Source of the DNA: Octopus vulgaris
Taxonomy: Eukaryota
DNA: 64,000 bases
Assembly (NCBI GenBank): GCA_951406725.2
Contig: OX597822.1
Location: 64,728,001-64,792,000, forward strand
Reading direction: 5' to 3'
Positions 13,490-27,774 of the stretch are shown here, in pieces. The notes below the pieces were generated by a model. That model made no database searches. It was given only the letters and a program-made list of their open reading frames with translations, and was not told the DNA's origin. A program made the translations under genes and the position numbers. Each line of letters starts with the position of its first letter. Position 1 is the first letter of the stretch.

Positions 13490-14340
13490 GCGCGTGTGTG
13501 CGCGCGCCTGCGAGTGTGCGCGTACGTATGTGTGTGTGTGCGTGTGTGTGTGTGTCTGTGTGTATGTCTGGGTGGCAGTGTGTCCGATGAATGTATGTGA
13601 GTATGTGTGTATATATGTGTGTGCATAGATGTATGTCCGCGTGTGTGTGTGTGTGTGTATGTGTATGAGTGTGTATGTATGTACGTGTGGGTGTGGGGAA
13701 GTGTATGTATGTGCATGTGTGTGCGCGAACATACAGGTGTGTGAGTGAGTGTGTGTGTGTGTATGTATGTGTGAGTGTGTATGTATGTGTGTGTAGGATG
13801 CATGTATGTGTATGGGTGTATGTATGCGTGTGTGTATGTATGTATGTGTACGTGCGTGTGTGTGTGTGTATGCGTGTAGGTGTGCGCGTGTGCATGCGTG
13901 CATGCATGTGCGTATGTGTGTGTGTGTGCATGTGTGTGGGTATATATGTATGTGCGTATATGTGTGTGTATGTGCGTACATGTGTGTGTGTATGCATGTG
14001 TGTGTGTAGGTGTGTAGGCGTGTGTGTATAGGTGTATGTATGTAAGTATGTATGGGTGTGTCCGTGTATGTGTGTATGTATGTGTGTGTATGTAGCTGTG
14101 TGGGCGTGTGTATATGTGTGTGTATGTAGGTGTGTGGGCGTGTGTATATAGGTGTATGTATGTATGTCTGGGTGTGTCCGTGCATGTTTGTGTGGGTGTG
14201 TGTATGCATGTGTATGTAGGTGTGTGTGTACGTGTGTAATGTATGTGTGTATGTGTGTGTGTGCGTGCGTGTGTGTATGTAGGTGCGTGTGTATGTGTGT
14301 GGGAGTGTAGGTGTGTGTGTGCGTGTGCGTGTTTATGTTG
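13490..14340. repeat. Degenerate (TG)n/(TGTA)n microsatellite field
   Basis: Direct inspection; explains the 466-aa and 325-aa His/Thr-rich ORFs. Confidence 0.9.
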
Positions 14341-14704
14341 GTATATATATATATATTACCCTCGTTCTGGTCTAACGACCCTCCATGTTCGTTTTCGTTT
14401 CTTGTATGTCTCCACTGTCCTGTTTTTGTTCCCAACTTTGACCCCCCACAAATCCCAAATTTTATTTTGGTACTTATGTGAGCAACTGTCTTCGAAGACT
14501 CATATTGTCATTCTATGTCCGAAATGAGAAGTAGATAGAGAGTCGACAACTGATGAAGGGTCGTTCTTTATGTTACTTGTCCTGTTTTCCATTTGTTTTC
14601 GTACTTCATGTTGTTTACTGTTGGTGACATCCTGTACCCATAAATGCATATATATATATATATATATATATGCATTTATATGCTTATGGGTACAGGATGT
14701 CACC

Positions 14705-14744
<40 letters not shown>

Positions 14745-14769
14745 ATGTCTGTGTGTGTGGGTATGTGTA

Positions 14770-14803
<34 letters not shown>

Positions 14804-15559
14804 AGGCGCTGTTCTACAATCAAGGAGCTACCCCATCATGGCCGCAGTCTAATGACTGAAACAAGTAATCGCTAAGAGATAAAATAGACGCATATGAGTG
14901 CATGCGTGTTTGTGCATGTTGTACCGGAGGCCACGCCTGTGCTGGATTTTTATTCAAATTCTAACTATCGACAGTCACCAATATAAACTCCATAACTATC
15001 AACTCTACCACCACCAACGCTACCAACTAAATCATACGCACCATTACAACCATCACCACCACCGCCACCACCAAATGCGCCACCACCACCACCACCACCA
15101 CCACCACCACCATCGTCATCAAATCTCTCACCATATCCGCCAACCGTGCCATCTGTCATCGTCACCATTACTAGTATCACAAGCAGACTTACCATCCGGC
15201 ACCAACACACTGATAACACTGCAACCACCACAACGACGACGACCACCACCACCACCAACAAAAACAACAAGGACAACAACAACAACTGTATCTGTACGCC
15301 GTCATCACTAACATGGCGGCTGCAGTCATTCGATGGTGCCCATCACAATTTCTTCCAACGCTGTCGTGAGTTACCTTAGCCAATCACGGTCACTACCATC
15401 ACTAGCACCACCATCATAACCACCGCCATCACCACCATCACCAACACCGCCATCACCATCACCACAACCATCACCACCATCACCATCACCATCACAAATA
15501 TTACGATGACGACAACTATCACCGCTATCACCACCACCAACAACACCAACACCGTCCCC

Positions 15560-15591
<32 letters not shown>

Positions 15592-16264
15592 CACTAATGC
15601 TACCTCAACCAACAGCAACAAAAACAACAGCATTTACCGCCGTCTCACACCCCTCGGGTGTTCAGTTCCTTGTTTTAACAGATTTCGTTTTTTTTACTAC
15701 GTTAATCCGCCATATAAATAGTGTGCGCACAGTCCAAACGGCGCCATTAACTATCTACCCCTCACATTCACCCTCTACTGCACTCTCGTCTTACCTACGT
15801 ACCCACCTATCTACCTACCTAGCCTAACTGTGCCTCCCCCACTGTTCTACCTTACCCCCAACGCTTTCGCTAATTTCTTATATTGCCAACCAGCCGCTCC
15901 GAAGAATATAACTTCTTTAACTTTCAACTTCTTAGATCATTCACCACAGAACACTTCTTATTTCTTGCTTAACATCTTTACGTTCTCTCCATTTTCACGT
16001 AGTTACACCTATATATATATATATATATACATACGTGGATACGTAGACGTACAGTCGGGTACATAAGTATATATACGTTTACACTGACATAGATATGTAT
16101 ATAAGTATGGAGATATTTATGTTCTAGTATTTTTCAAATATCTCTCCAATGGAGAAAGCGCCAGTCTCCATCCCTAAAACAAGGCTCCCTCACTGGAATT
16201 TAGACAACATCAACAAGATAGGTCTTGTTCATATATGTATGTATCAAAATATGTTGGTAGGTAC

Positions 16265-16297
<33 letters not shown>

Positions 16298-16543
16298 AAT
16301 ACATATATAAATATGTATGATTATACGAGTGTATTTTGCGTACCGCATACATATGTAGCTGTCAGGTTCTGGAGAATAAAACATGTTTAAACATTATTTG
16401 AGTTATAAGATAGCTATAGAATTACACATAGATATACCCATATCACACATTCACAACGTATGCGTGTATGTGTGTATGAATGCTTGTATGGATCTACTTA
16501 TCTATCTATCTATCTATCTATCTATCTCGCGCAATCTCTCACA

Positions 16544-16664
<121 letters not shown>

Positions 16665-16904
16665 AGGGTAAACAGCAGCCAAAAGGTGAGTCTAAAACCA
16701 CAGTAAATTCTCAGGTTTTAGAGTCAAGTTTTGGCAGCTATTTCCAGCGTATTGTATATCTTAGATCCCCTAAATTATAATTTTAATAATAATTATTACC
16801 TTTGAAGGTTTTTATTCCCATGCTGGCCTCCTGACAACATCGGTATTTAAATAACGATCTTATCTTTATTTATACAAATTTATATATATATATATATATA
16901 TATA

Positions 16905-17100
16905 TCTTCTATATATAAAACTGAAATGCGTTTTTACCGCTTGGTTCGCTTTCAATGCCACTACATCCCGTCCGATTCGCTCCAAAATTTACACGGATAT
17001 GTAGAATGAGGTGACGATGCGCGTGGGCTACCTTACAAATCCCTATCTTAAAAGGTGTGCTTGCTAGGGGCCATCTTCCTACCTCACCCTATTTCCTCCA
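16905..17100 (+). mobile_element. Possible non-autonomous Helitron-like 5' end
   Basis: Starts TCTTCTATATATAAAACTGAAATG...CCGATTCGCTCCAAAATTTACAC, resembling non-autonomous Helitron 5' ends; no clear 3' hairpin-CTRR found. Confidence 0.3.
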
Positions 17101-17324
17101 GTACTCTGTCACTCCTCTTCATTTGACAATGCAACTACCGTTATTTAATGTAAAGTCTTCCTCAAATCACTCTGTCGCTCTTTACTCTCTTCCAAGAACA
17201 TTTTCACTCACTCTTATTTCTTACCTTCCTATACATTTTACTCATGTATCTATCAGCGTTCATGGACAGTAACAAATATTACATCGCCATCCCCATCGCC
17301 ATCGCATTCTATTGTCTACCTGTC

Positions 17325-17368
<44 letters not shown>

Positions 17369-17460
17369 CATATATCTAATATTATAGTTTTATGTTTTTG
17401 TTTTTTTACTGTTTCATTTCCCTATTAGTGGTTTTATCTCTAATTTAATTTCTACAGCGT

Positions 17461-17535
<75 letters not shown>

Positions 17536-18138
17536 TATGTAGCCCCAGTACACCCGAATGAAATCGGGTTCTCTTCATCAAAATGTGAAAAGGGGTCTAC
17601 AATTATCATCGCCACAACTTATGTATGTCTTCCTCACTCACTCACTCTTTTTCCTAATGATAATTATCATCGCCACCACCAACACCACCAACACACAATC
17701 TGGACAATCTTTCTCTTATAACAAATCATGTTTACATTGCAACGACGTCTGCCATCTCCGCCGTCTCTATTTATTCTGCAAATGACCAGAACTCGGGAAA
17801 CTTAGTTTAGTGTTCTATGGTCAAATTCTATCCCTTCAAACTTTGGTTTCCAATATTTTATTATTTTTATTCAGCTCGCAAGTTCGTCTGTCCCTTTTAA
17901 ATGTTAGTGTTTTGCTGTCTGTCTTGAAGCAGACCTTTCCTTTGTAACTGCCTGATATTTATGATTGATCTTTCTAAATATTTTATTTCTCAACTTACTC
18001 AAGATCTTTTGTTGTTTATAAATGGGAGAGAGATACATAAAGATAGAGAGTAAGAGAAAGCGAGGGAGAGTCCGAGAGAAAGGAAGAGTAAGAGAGTGGG
18101 AAACTGAGAGAGAAAGGAGAAAGAAACAAAGAGGGAGA

Positions 18139-18460
18139 ATCATCATCATCATCATCATCATCATCGTTTAACGTCCGTTTTCCGTGCTAGCACGGGTTGG
18201 ACAGTTTGACAGGGGTCTGGGAAGCCAGGAGGCTGCACCAGGCTCCAGTCTGATCTGGCAGTGTTTCGACAGGTGGATGCCCTTCCTAACGTCAACCACT
18301 CTGTGAGCGTAGTGGGTGCTTTTTTCGTGCCGCCTGCACAGGTGCCAGGGGGCTGGCAGCGGCCACGATCGGTTGGTGCTTTTTACGTGCCACCAGCACA
18401 GAAGCCAGTCAAGGCGGCGCTGCAATCCGCCACGTTCGGATGGTGCTTTTTACGTGCTGA
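18139..18460 (-). mobile_element. SINE or LINE 3' tail ending in (TGA)n
   Basis: Minus strand: GACGTTAGGAAGGGCATCCACCTG...AAAACGGACGTTAAACGATGATGATG tail; internal duplicated GGTGCTTTTTACGTGC motifs. Confidence 0.65.
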
Positions 18461-18524
18461 AAGGAAGCAACAGAAAGTAACAACCACACTCTTACCCGCG
18501 CGTAGAGCGGGTCACCTTCAGCTA

Positions 18525-18563
<39 letters not shown>

Positions 18564-18672
18564 CAAGTTGATAGTTATGGCCGGTCAGAGAGTGGCCATT
18601 GTTTTCGCATCTATAAAACACCTAGCTGTATTGGGACACTCCTCGGACACAAATGGTCGTAGGTACACAACC

Positions 18673-18721
<49 letters not shown>

Positions 18722-18794
18722 GTATATGTATGTATGTATATGCTTATTATTATTATTTCATTATTGTTTTATTATTATTATTATTATTATAAAA

Positions 18795-19536
18795 AATGAC
18801 GTCGAGCTGGCAGAATCGTTAGCAGGCCGGACAAAATGCTTAACTGCATTTCATCCGTCCTCAGGTTCCAAGTTCAAATTCTGTCGAGGTCGACCTTGCC
18901 TTTCATCCTATCGAGGGAAAGATAAATTAAGTACTTATGAAACATTGGGGTGGGTCGATATACCTGACTAGTCCTCTCCGGCCAAATTTCCGGAATTGTG
19001 CCTTTAGTAGAAAGGATTATCAATAATCGCCGGATTAGTTTAATAAGTGCCAACGGACAAAACTCTCGGCCCTGTAACTTCTGATTATCAACAACTACAA
19101 CATTGCATGCTAATGAAATACCTATTTCTTTACTACCCACAAGGGGCTAAACACAGAGAGGACAAACAAGGACAGACAAATGGATTAAGTCGATTATATC
19201 GACCCCAGTGCGTAACTGGTACATATTTATCGACCCCGAAAGGATGAAAGGCAAAGTCGACCTCGGCGGAATTAGAACTCAGAACGTAGCGGCAGCCGAA
19301 ATACCTATTTCTTTACTACCCACAAGGGGCTTAACACAGAGAGGACAAACATGGACAGACAAACGGATTAAGTCGATTATATCGACCCCAGTGCGTAACT
19401 GGTAATTTATTAATCGACCCCGAAAGGATGAAAGGCAAAGTCGTCCTCGGCGGAATTTGAATTCAGAACGTAACGGCAGACGAAATACGGCTAAGCATTT
19501 CTCCCGGCGTGCTAACGTTTTTGCCAGCTCGCCGCC
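18795..19536. mobile_element. Family A SINE (+) followed by a tandem family A array (-)
   Basis: 183-bp unit, with ATACCTATTTCTTTACTACCCACAAGGGG at 19118 and 19301. Confidence 0.85.
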
Positions 19537-20644
19537 GTATCTCTAACATCATATTGCGTGGCAATGAAGGAATCTGTGTGTGGTGCTCGACTGCAAGAAA
19601 TAGCAGCCAAATTTTTCTTAAGTCATGTTGAAGACTGTACGATACAACTTGAGCAAAAGCTGTAGAGTATTATTAAAGAACTCAGTAAAAAAAAAAAAAT
19701 AAATAAATAAATAAAAATAAAAGAAAAATAAATTGTCCGTTTTGCATTATTGTGTCTGAAAGTGTACTGCATGGTTACGATGGGAACGCGTTCGATCTTA
19801 GATCTTTTCGAACAGGAGTGACAACGGTGTGATCACCAACACCAATAATAACAAGTATAATAACAACAAGAGGAACAAGAGCTACATCATTACATCCACC
19901 ATACTCAGCATCGCTACATCCGTTGCCATGACAACCGTCACCACCACCACCACCACCATAACCACCACCACCAACACCACCACCACCATATCCACCACCA
20001 CCATATCCACCACCACCACCACCACCACCACCATATCCACCACCACCACCACCACCACCACCACCACCGCCATCATCACCACCGCTACCATCATCACCGC
20101 CGCCGCCGCCACCACCACCACCACCACCATCACCACCACCACCACCATTGCCACTACCTCCACGTCTATTATCTTTCTCCTCCCCCGCATCCAATTTCTT
20201 TTACTTCCTCCACCTTCATCAAACCCTGCCGCCACCAGCACCGCCACCACCACCGCCACCACCACACCGGAACTTTACTAATTGGCCATATGTTGGCCGT
20301 CTTGTCTACCTTTACCTATAGGCTATCTTCTGACATATGTAACACTTGTACGGCTCATTAGCTCTCACACCTAAGTACACCAGCACCAACATCACCAAAA
20401 CCACCACCACCACCACCACCACCACCACCATCACAAGAAACCTTAACTTTCGCACAGATATCCCACCCCTTTATCATATTCTCTCATTCGTTTCTCTTCC
20501 TTCTGTTTCTTTTTCTTCTTGTACTCATTCGTTCAACTGTTTTGCTTATAATTTTTGTTACTGTAATGTGTGAAATTGCCAAAAACACAGAATAATTATA
20601 TATTTAAACACGCAATGAATACACATGTATAAACATGAGTGTGT

Positions 20645-20741
<97 letters not shown>

Positions 20742-20836
20742 GAAAGAGAGATAGATACATGGATATTCATATATATATATAGAGAGGGAGAGATTTAGAG
20801 AGATAGAGATAGAGATAGGTAAAGATAGCTAGCTAG

Positions 20837-20895
<59 letters not shown>

Positions 20896-21412
20896 GCTAA
20901 ATAGCTACATATAGAGAGAGAGATAGAGAGGGAGATAGGGAGAGAAAGACATAGATAAAGAGATAGAGAGATAGATAATGTATGTGTGCGTATGTATAAT
21001 TATATATATATATATATATGTATATATATTCTTACATACATATGTATATTTTATACATACATGTATAAATACATACTTACATACTTACATACATACATAT
21101 GCATGTACATAAACGTACATACATATAAGTGGATCTACATATATATGTTTGTATGACAGTAAAATTTTGAATATCCAAATTTTAATCTATTTCAATAAAA
21201 ATATAAATTTCACTGTTCATTTTGAACACGGTCTTTTACTCAAAACCCACAGCCCACTTTCGACATTTCTCATTCAATTCATATCTATAAAAAAATCCCC
21301 CAAAAAGCCTACAAAATCCGAAATATTAAATAAAAGACAAATTGTTTCATATTGCTTAATATAAATTTATTTGACTTTATTACTTGCTGAAAATGCAGAA
21401 GTTATAACTGTA

Positions 21413-21823
21413 AGCGCAGGAGTGGCTGTGTGGTAAGTAGCTTGCTTACCAAAAGTATGGTTCCGGGTTCAGTCCCACTGCATGGCACCTTGGGCAAGTG
21501 TCTTCTACCATAGCCTCGGGCCGAACAAAGCCTTGTGAGTGGATTTGGTTGACGGAAACTGAAAGAAGCCCGTCGTATATATGTATATATATATATGTGT
21601 GTGTTTGTGTGTCTGTGTTTGTCCCCCCCCCCCAGTATCGCTTGACAACCGATGCTGGTGTGTTTACATCCCCGTGACTTAGCGGTTCGGCAAAAGAGAC
21701 CGATAGAATAAGTACTAGGCTTACAAAGAATAATTCCTGGGGTCCATTTACTCGATTAAAGACGGTGCACCAGCATAGCCGCAGTCAAATTACTGAAACA
21801 AGTAAAAGAGTAAAGAGTAAAAG
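21413..21823 (+). mobile_element. Family B CORE-like SINE, full length
   Basis: Matches the 3655 copy throughout. Confidence 0.9.
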
Positions 21824-22465
21824 AGAGAGTTATAATCTTCATGAAAACTTGTTTAGAAATATATTAAAGTTCATCTTCGTATTTAAGCGTTTGACCAGAT
21901 CTGTACAATTTACCTCGAATTCGATGGATTTTTCAGTCATGAAAATTATGTCCTTTTGCACAAATATATTGTTATCCAGTTGTCGTTCACAGAGCCGGCT
22001 GCTACCATTAATGTGTATTACATCAAGGCATATCTTCACATGTTTTCGGTAAGAATTATCGGCAAGACTATAAATATATAATAAATTATCACCTCAGATT
22101 TTTAATACAAGCGTTATAAAGCATTCAACTCCCACGGGAAAGGCTTTAATGTTCATTTAAAAGCAAATAAATATTTATGCTTAATTTGAGTTTGAAGAGA
22201 ATGAAAACTCAGTTTGTAACTCATTATTGGACATATTCTTTTATGATTACAAATTAGTGCTTACAATGGCGCAACGCTTACCATGGTTTATATTACAGTT
22301 CTTAATCGTTAAATGATAGTAATCACACACACTTACACACTTACACACACACGAAGGCACACATTCAATTACACACGCACACACATGTACATATAAACAC
22401 ACTTGTATATGCTACATCATTAATCTTCCTCTTGTCTTCTCTACTTCTTGTGTGTTTATGTACAA

Positions 22466-22496
<31 letters not shown>

Positions 22497-22919
22497 CGTA
22501 TATGTATGTATATGTATATGTATTTTGAGAGGGAGAAAGAGAGAGAGTGAAGGGAAGGGAAGAAGGGAAATAGGAAGGAAGAGAGAGAGAAAGAGTGATT
22601 GTGCGCGTGTGTGTGTTAAAAGTATTCCGCACATCGAAAATATTAATGAAAAAATGAGAATGCGCTGTTCATTTTAAATTCCAGTTAATTAATTCCAGAG
22701 TATACTACGACAATCAAATGATTTCGAAATACAAGGAATGTATTGAAAAACAGATTATCGCTATCAGAGATATATATTTCATGTTCCAAAATATCGTAAC
22801 CAAAACAAATATGTGTAATCAAATCATTTCAAGATTCTGTTCACAAAATTATATTTTCATATTCAAATCGTTTCAAAATTATTAAACAATCCAAAATACA
22901 CAATTACCAAAATATAGAA

Positions 22920-24048
22920 TTTGTTTGTTTCTTCTCAAACCACGCCCGACTCAGTATGGCCAGTTTCCCGGTTTCCTTGGTGTATAGGTTCCCCACCTGG
23001 ACGGGACGCAAGATGCTGGAGGAAAGAGTGAGAGAAAGTTGTGGCGAAAGAGTCAGCAGAAGTTCGCCATTACCTTCTGCCGGAGCCGCATGAAGCTTAG
23101 GTGTTTCGCTCATAAACACACACATCGCCCGGTCTGAGATTCGAATCCGCGATCTCTCGACCGCGAGTCCGCTGCTCTAACCACTAGGCCATGTGCCTCC
23201 ACAAAATATATAAATAAATATTTCAAATTGCATACTTTCCCACCGGTTTCATTTCCAATAGAGTATTCATGAATGAACATGTGTAATGGTTAGCTAATAA
23301 CCTTTCATATATATATATATATATATATATATCTTTATTTTCAACTTAAAATGGATGTCTTGTTAGAACGGAGTACTACATCGTTAGCCTTGAGAGAACC
23401 TATCATATACTCTGCTACGATCTATGAGTGTTCTTTTATGCACCAAGCGTATGTATGAGAGTTTCTGTCAAGTGTTATTCATATAAGCCAGTTGAGTGGA
23501 TGGACCAGTGTAAAATAAAATGAGTTGCTCAAGGACTCAACGCACGGGCGGGTATCGTCCTCATGACCTTACGATCGTGAGCCGAATACCATAACCACTA
23601 AGCTACGCGCTTATTGTATGAATATCCGCCACGTGCTTATTGTATGTTTATCTGCCACGCGCTTATTGTGTGTATAAGTCACGCAAATATATATGTATAT
23701 CTGAACAAGTGAAGGCGCATGGCTCAGTGGTTAGAGCGTCGAGCTTTCGATCGTGAGGTTGTGAGCTCGAATCCCGGACCGGGCTGCGTGTTGTGTTCTT
23801 GAGCAAGACACTTTATTTCACGTTGCTCCAGTTCACTCAGCTGTAGAAATGAGTTGCCACGTCACAGGTGCTAAGCTGTATCGGCCCCTTTGCCTTTCCC
23901 TTGGATAACACTGGCGGCGTGGAGAGGGGAGGCCGGTATGCATGGGCAACTGCCGGTCTTCCATAAACAACCATGCCGTTACTTGTGCCTGGGAGGGTAA
24001 CTTTCTAGGTGCAATTACATGGTCAGTGTCGTGACCGAAGGGGGTCTC
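22920..24048. mobile_element. Cluster of family C-type tRNA SINEs (22920-23202 minus, ~23470-23610 minus, 23710-24048 plus)
   Basis: A/B boxes TGGCTCAGTGGTTAGAGCG / GAGCTCGAATCCCG; shared TGTGTTCTTGAGCAAGACACTT. Confidence 0.8.
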
Positions 24049-24528
24049 AGATCTGAACGAGGGCACGTAAGAAAAGAGAAAGAAAATACTACATTGGAAC
24101 ATTCTCCGTATAACCAACACATTTACGCAGAGTTGATGATCAATGATGCTACTCATTCACTCGAGAATTAACCCACATATCAAAAACGTACTACGTTTGA
24201 AGAAATTTCAAATCAATTTAGTACAAAATGTAGGAAGATTTATCAGGTCACTATGTAGCAACTTATAGTCGACAGTAAAGACAAGAATTAGTAAAACCAC
24301 AACTGTAGTGTTGAGATGCATGCAAAGTAACTTCACCTCACGTTGCTCTACGATAACTTCGACACCTGACGTGCAGTTCCCCGTGCACCTGTTCAGGTAA
24401 CGCCGATTTGATGGAGGGAGTGAGCTAGTGTACTGTACGAATATTTGATCATTATAAACAAATCGCTTGTGCAGGCTGCTCGGCAAAATCTCAACGCTCA
24501 TACGTTGTCTTTGAAGAGATAGTCCATA

Positions 24529-24568
<40 letters not shown>

Positions 24569-24604
24569 GTCTATCTGTCTGTCTGTCTGTCTGTCTGTCT
24601 GTCC

Positions 24605-24678
<74 letters not shown>

Positions 24679-25482
24679 ATACAGAGGTATGCATGTATAT
24701 ATGCATGCGTATGAACACACACATACACATGCGCGCGCACACACACACACATATATGTATATATATATATATACATGAGTGTGCGTAAGTATATGCTCAT
24801 ATACACAATATGTGTGTAAGTATATGTAAGCGAATATATACATATATGTGCAACCTTGTATAATATATTTACAAAGATATTTGTACATATGTGTGTGTAC
24901 GTATTTGTGTGCATTTGTGTGTGTGTGTTTGTGTCTGTGTGTTTGTGTGTATGTGTGTATGTACAGGCTTAAATGCTATTCAGAGCATGTGAGTGCAATA
25001 GCTGTGGTGTTGTTGCGTGCTGTTGGATTCCCATACGGTTAAGCAGCGCATTTGTCTGCACCAGATGAAACCTGGATACAACACAACCGACAAACGTACA
25101 CACGGTATGGATGGTGGAATGGTTGTGAGGCATGACACTGGCAATAACTCAATCAATGTATGGCAGCTCGCCAGTTCTCTACACTGACTGGAAATAGATA
25201 CAGTGAGTGAGTACAGTTCATACATGTGACTGTATAGAACAGTCACGTGATACAAAGCAGATGAAAAAAAAATGTGCTGAGCTTGTAACGAGGCAACAAA
25301 GATCGAATGTTCAATGACTCTAATCATCAATACATTTTCGTTTTTTTCTTTCTTTTACTGGTTTCAATCATTAGGTTATAGGCCTATCGGGACACTGCTG
25401 GCTCTGCTATTAGACTTGTAGTGGACCATATCACTGCCAATACTTATCCCAGCTTGGTGTTCACTTTATACCTCTGTATTTA

Positions 25483-25520
<38 letters not shown>

Positions 25521-25521
<1 letters not shown>

Positions 25522-26100
25522 CTTTTCTACTCTAGGTACAAAACCCGAATTTTTTGGGCAGGGGGACATTCGGTTAGATCGACCCCAGTACGCAACTGGT
25601 ACTTAATTTATCGACACCGAAAGGACGAAAGGCAAAGTCGACCTTGGCAGAATTGAACTCAGAACGTAAAGACAGAGTAAATACCTGCTTCTTTACTACC
25701 CACAAGGGGCTAAACACAGAGAGGACAAACAAGGACAGACAAACGGATTAAGTCAATTATATCGACCCCAGTGCGTAACTGGTACTTATTTAATCGACCC
25801 CGAAAAGATGAAAAGCAAAGTCGATCTCGGCGGAATTTGAACTCAGAACGTAGCGGCAGGCGAAATACCTATTTCTTTATTACCCACACGGGGCTAAACA
25901 CATAGGGGACAAACAAGGACAGACATAGGTACTAAGTCGATTACATCGACCCCAGTGCGTAACTGGTACTTAATTTATCGACTCCGAAAGGATGAAAGGC
26001 TAAGTCGATCTCGGCGGAATTTGAACTCGGAACGTGGCGGCAGACGAAATGCCACTAAGCATTTCGCCCGGCGTGCTAACGTTTCTGCTAGCTCGCCGCC
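25521..26100 (-). mobile_element. Tandem trimer of family A SINE
   Basis: Junction motif at 25681 and 25865 (184-bp period); a single head at 26100. Confidence 0.88.
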
Positions 26101-26140
26101 TCAAACATATATAATGGGTGTGTGGTAAGTAGCTTGCTTA

Positions 26141-27049
26141 CTTCAGTACAGAGAGGACGCGTTTTTTTTTTCTCGCGGTAAAAGTCACGTTGGTGTGTGT
26201 CAGCGGCGTGAAAAGGTGAAGCACGACTACTAGGTAAGACGTCTGATTTTTCGAGACCTAGTGGGGTTCTGTTGCTCGTATTATTTATTTTTTGTCGAAC
26301 AAGAAGTCTCCACTGGGTTCCATGCATTTGTCTGCTAGTGGTCGTGCTTAAGGTCTCACTTGGTTGAGAGGTTTGTTTTGGGAGGCGTGTCCCAAATTGT
26401 CCAAAATATGTTATTTCTGACAATTTCGGCCAGGAGCATTACCATTTGTCCTGGAGTACCGGGACGGCCATAAAAATTGCTGTGTTTTGTGTTTAAAGTC
26501 TCACTTAGCTGTGAGAAACCAAAATTGGAATTTTTGTACTCCGACGGCGAACCTAAATTCGTGTGGACTACCTAAGTGGCGGAATTGTGTTGCCATTGAA
26601 CTGTCTTCCTTCGTTCTTTCTTCTTTGCTCTATCTTTCCGTTCTTTTTTGAGTTGCTTATTGACTTTTCATTTGAAACTTTTTGAACATTTGTTTTGAAC
26701 ATTTTCTTATTTGCTCTGTTTTGTTATCATGGCAACTAAAAACACTGTATTGGAGTGGCAAATTGTGGATCTCAAGCAGTGGTTGAAAATTTTTAATGTG
26801 AGAACGATGGTGTTGAGGACGCATTCTAGGTCCCTCGACACCATCGCTGTGTTCTCGCAGACAGAAATAGAAAAGGAGTTGGCAGAATACCTGCCAACTA
26901 TTAAATTTATTGCAAGGGGTATCAAATACGCAACGGTGTGGTTGCTGTTTGATACCCCTGCAGAGGTTCAAGAATTTGCGAGCCAACCATTAGAGGGGGA
27001 GAAAATTCTGTTTCCCCCCACATATGAAAGCAGAAAATTAGCAAGATGA
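26141..27049 (+). mobile_element. Probable L1/Tx1-like LINE 5'UTR plus ORF1 N-terminus, 3'-truncated
   Basis: Non-repetitive, relatively GC-rich leader interrupting a family B head; ORF MATKNTVLEWQ...LLFDTPAEVQEFASQPLEGEKILFPPTY resembles ORF1 RRM-like regions; family assignment is inference. Confidence 0.45.
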
Positions 27050-27066
27050 TTTTGTCATCTTCTTCC

Positions 27067-27067
<1 letters not shown>

Positions 27068-27146
<79 letters not shown>

Positions 27147-27439
27147 TTATTATTATTACTATTATTATTATTATTATTATTATTATATGTTTGACTTTTG
27201 CTTTGTATTTATACAAGTTGGTTTCAAGTCCCACCCAGAGACCTCAAGAGACAACAAGTTAGAAGTTCATGTTGGTGTTATGCCTCGGGTGTCATATATT
27301 TGGTTTTGCACATAGTGTTGTTCGAGAAAATGTTTAACAAAACAAGAAAATTATGAGTTTGTTTTAAAATTTGAGATTACATAATATTTTATGTAGGATA
27401 TGAGCAGTTCCCATGAGCACAATCTTTTGAAATTTTGCC
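27068..27439 (-). mobile_element. R4/Dong-like LINE 3' end with (TAA)n tail
   Basis: Minus strand AKFQKIVLMGTAHILHKIL matches the R4/Dong C-terminal QK..LLGTAHILRKVL; followed by a 3'UTR and embedded in (TAA)n. Confidence 0.7.

Positions 27440-27774
<335 letters not shown>

Noticed and set aside
13035-14435. 466-aa His/Thr-rich ORF
   Set aside because: It is a translation of a degenerate (CA)n microsatellite, with no domain or splice support.
19775-20281. Gly-rich and Thr-rich ORFs
   Set aside because: (CCA)n microsatellite artefact.
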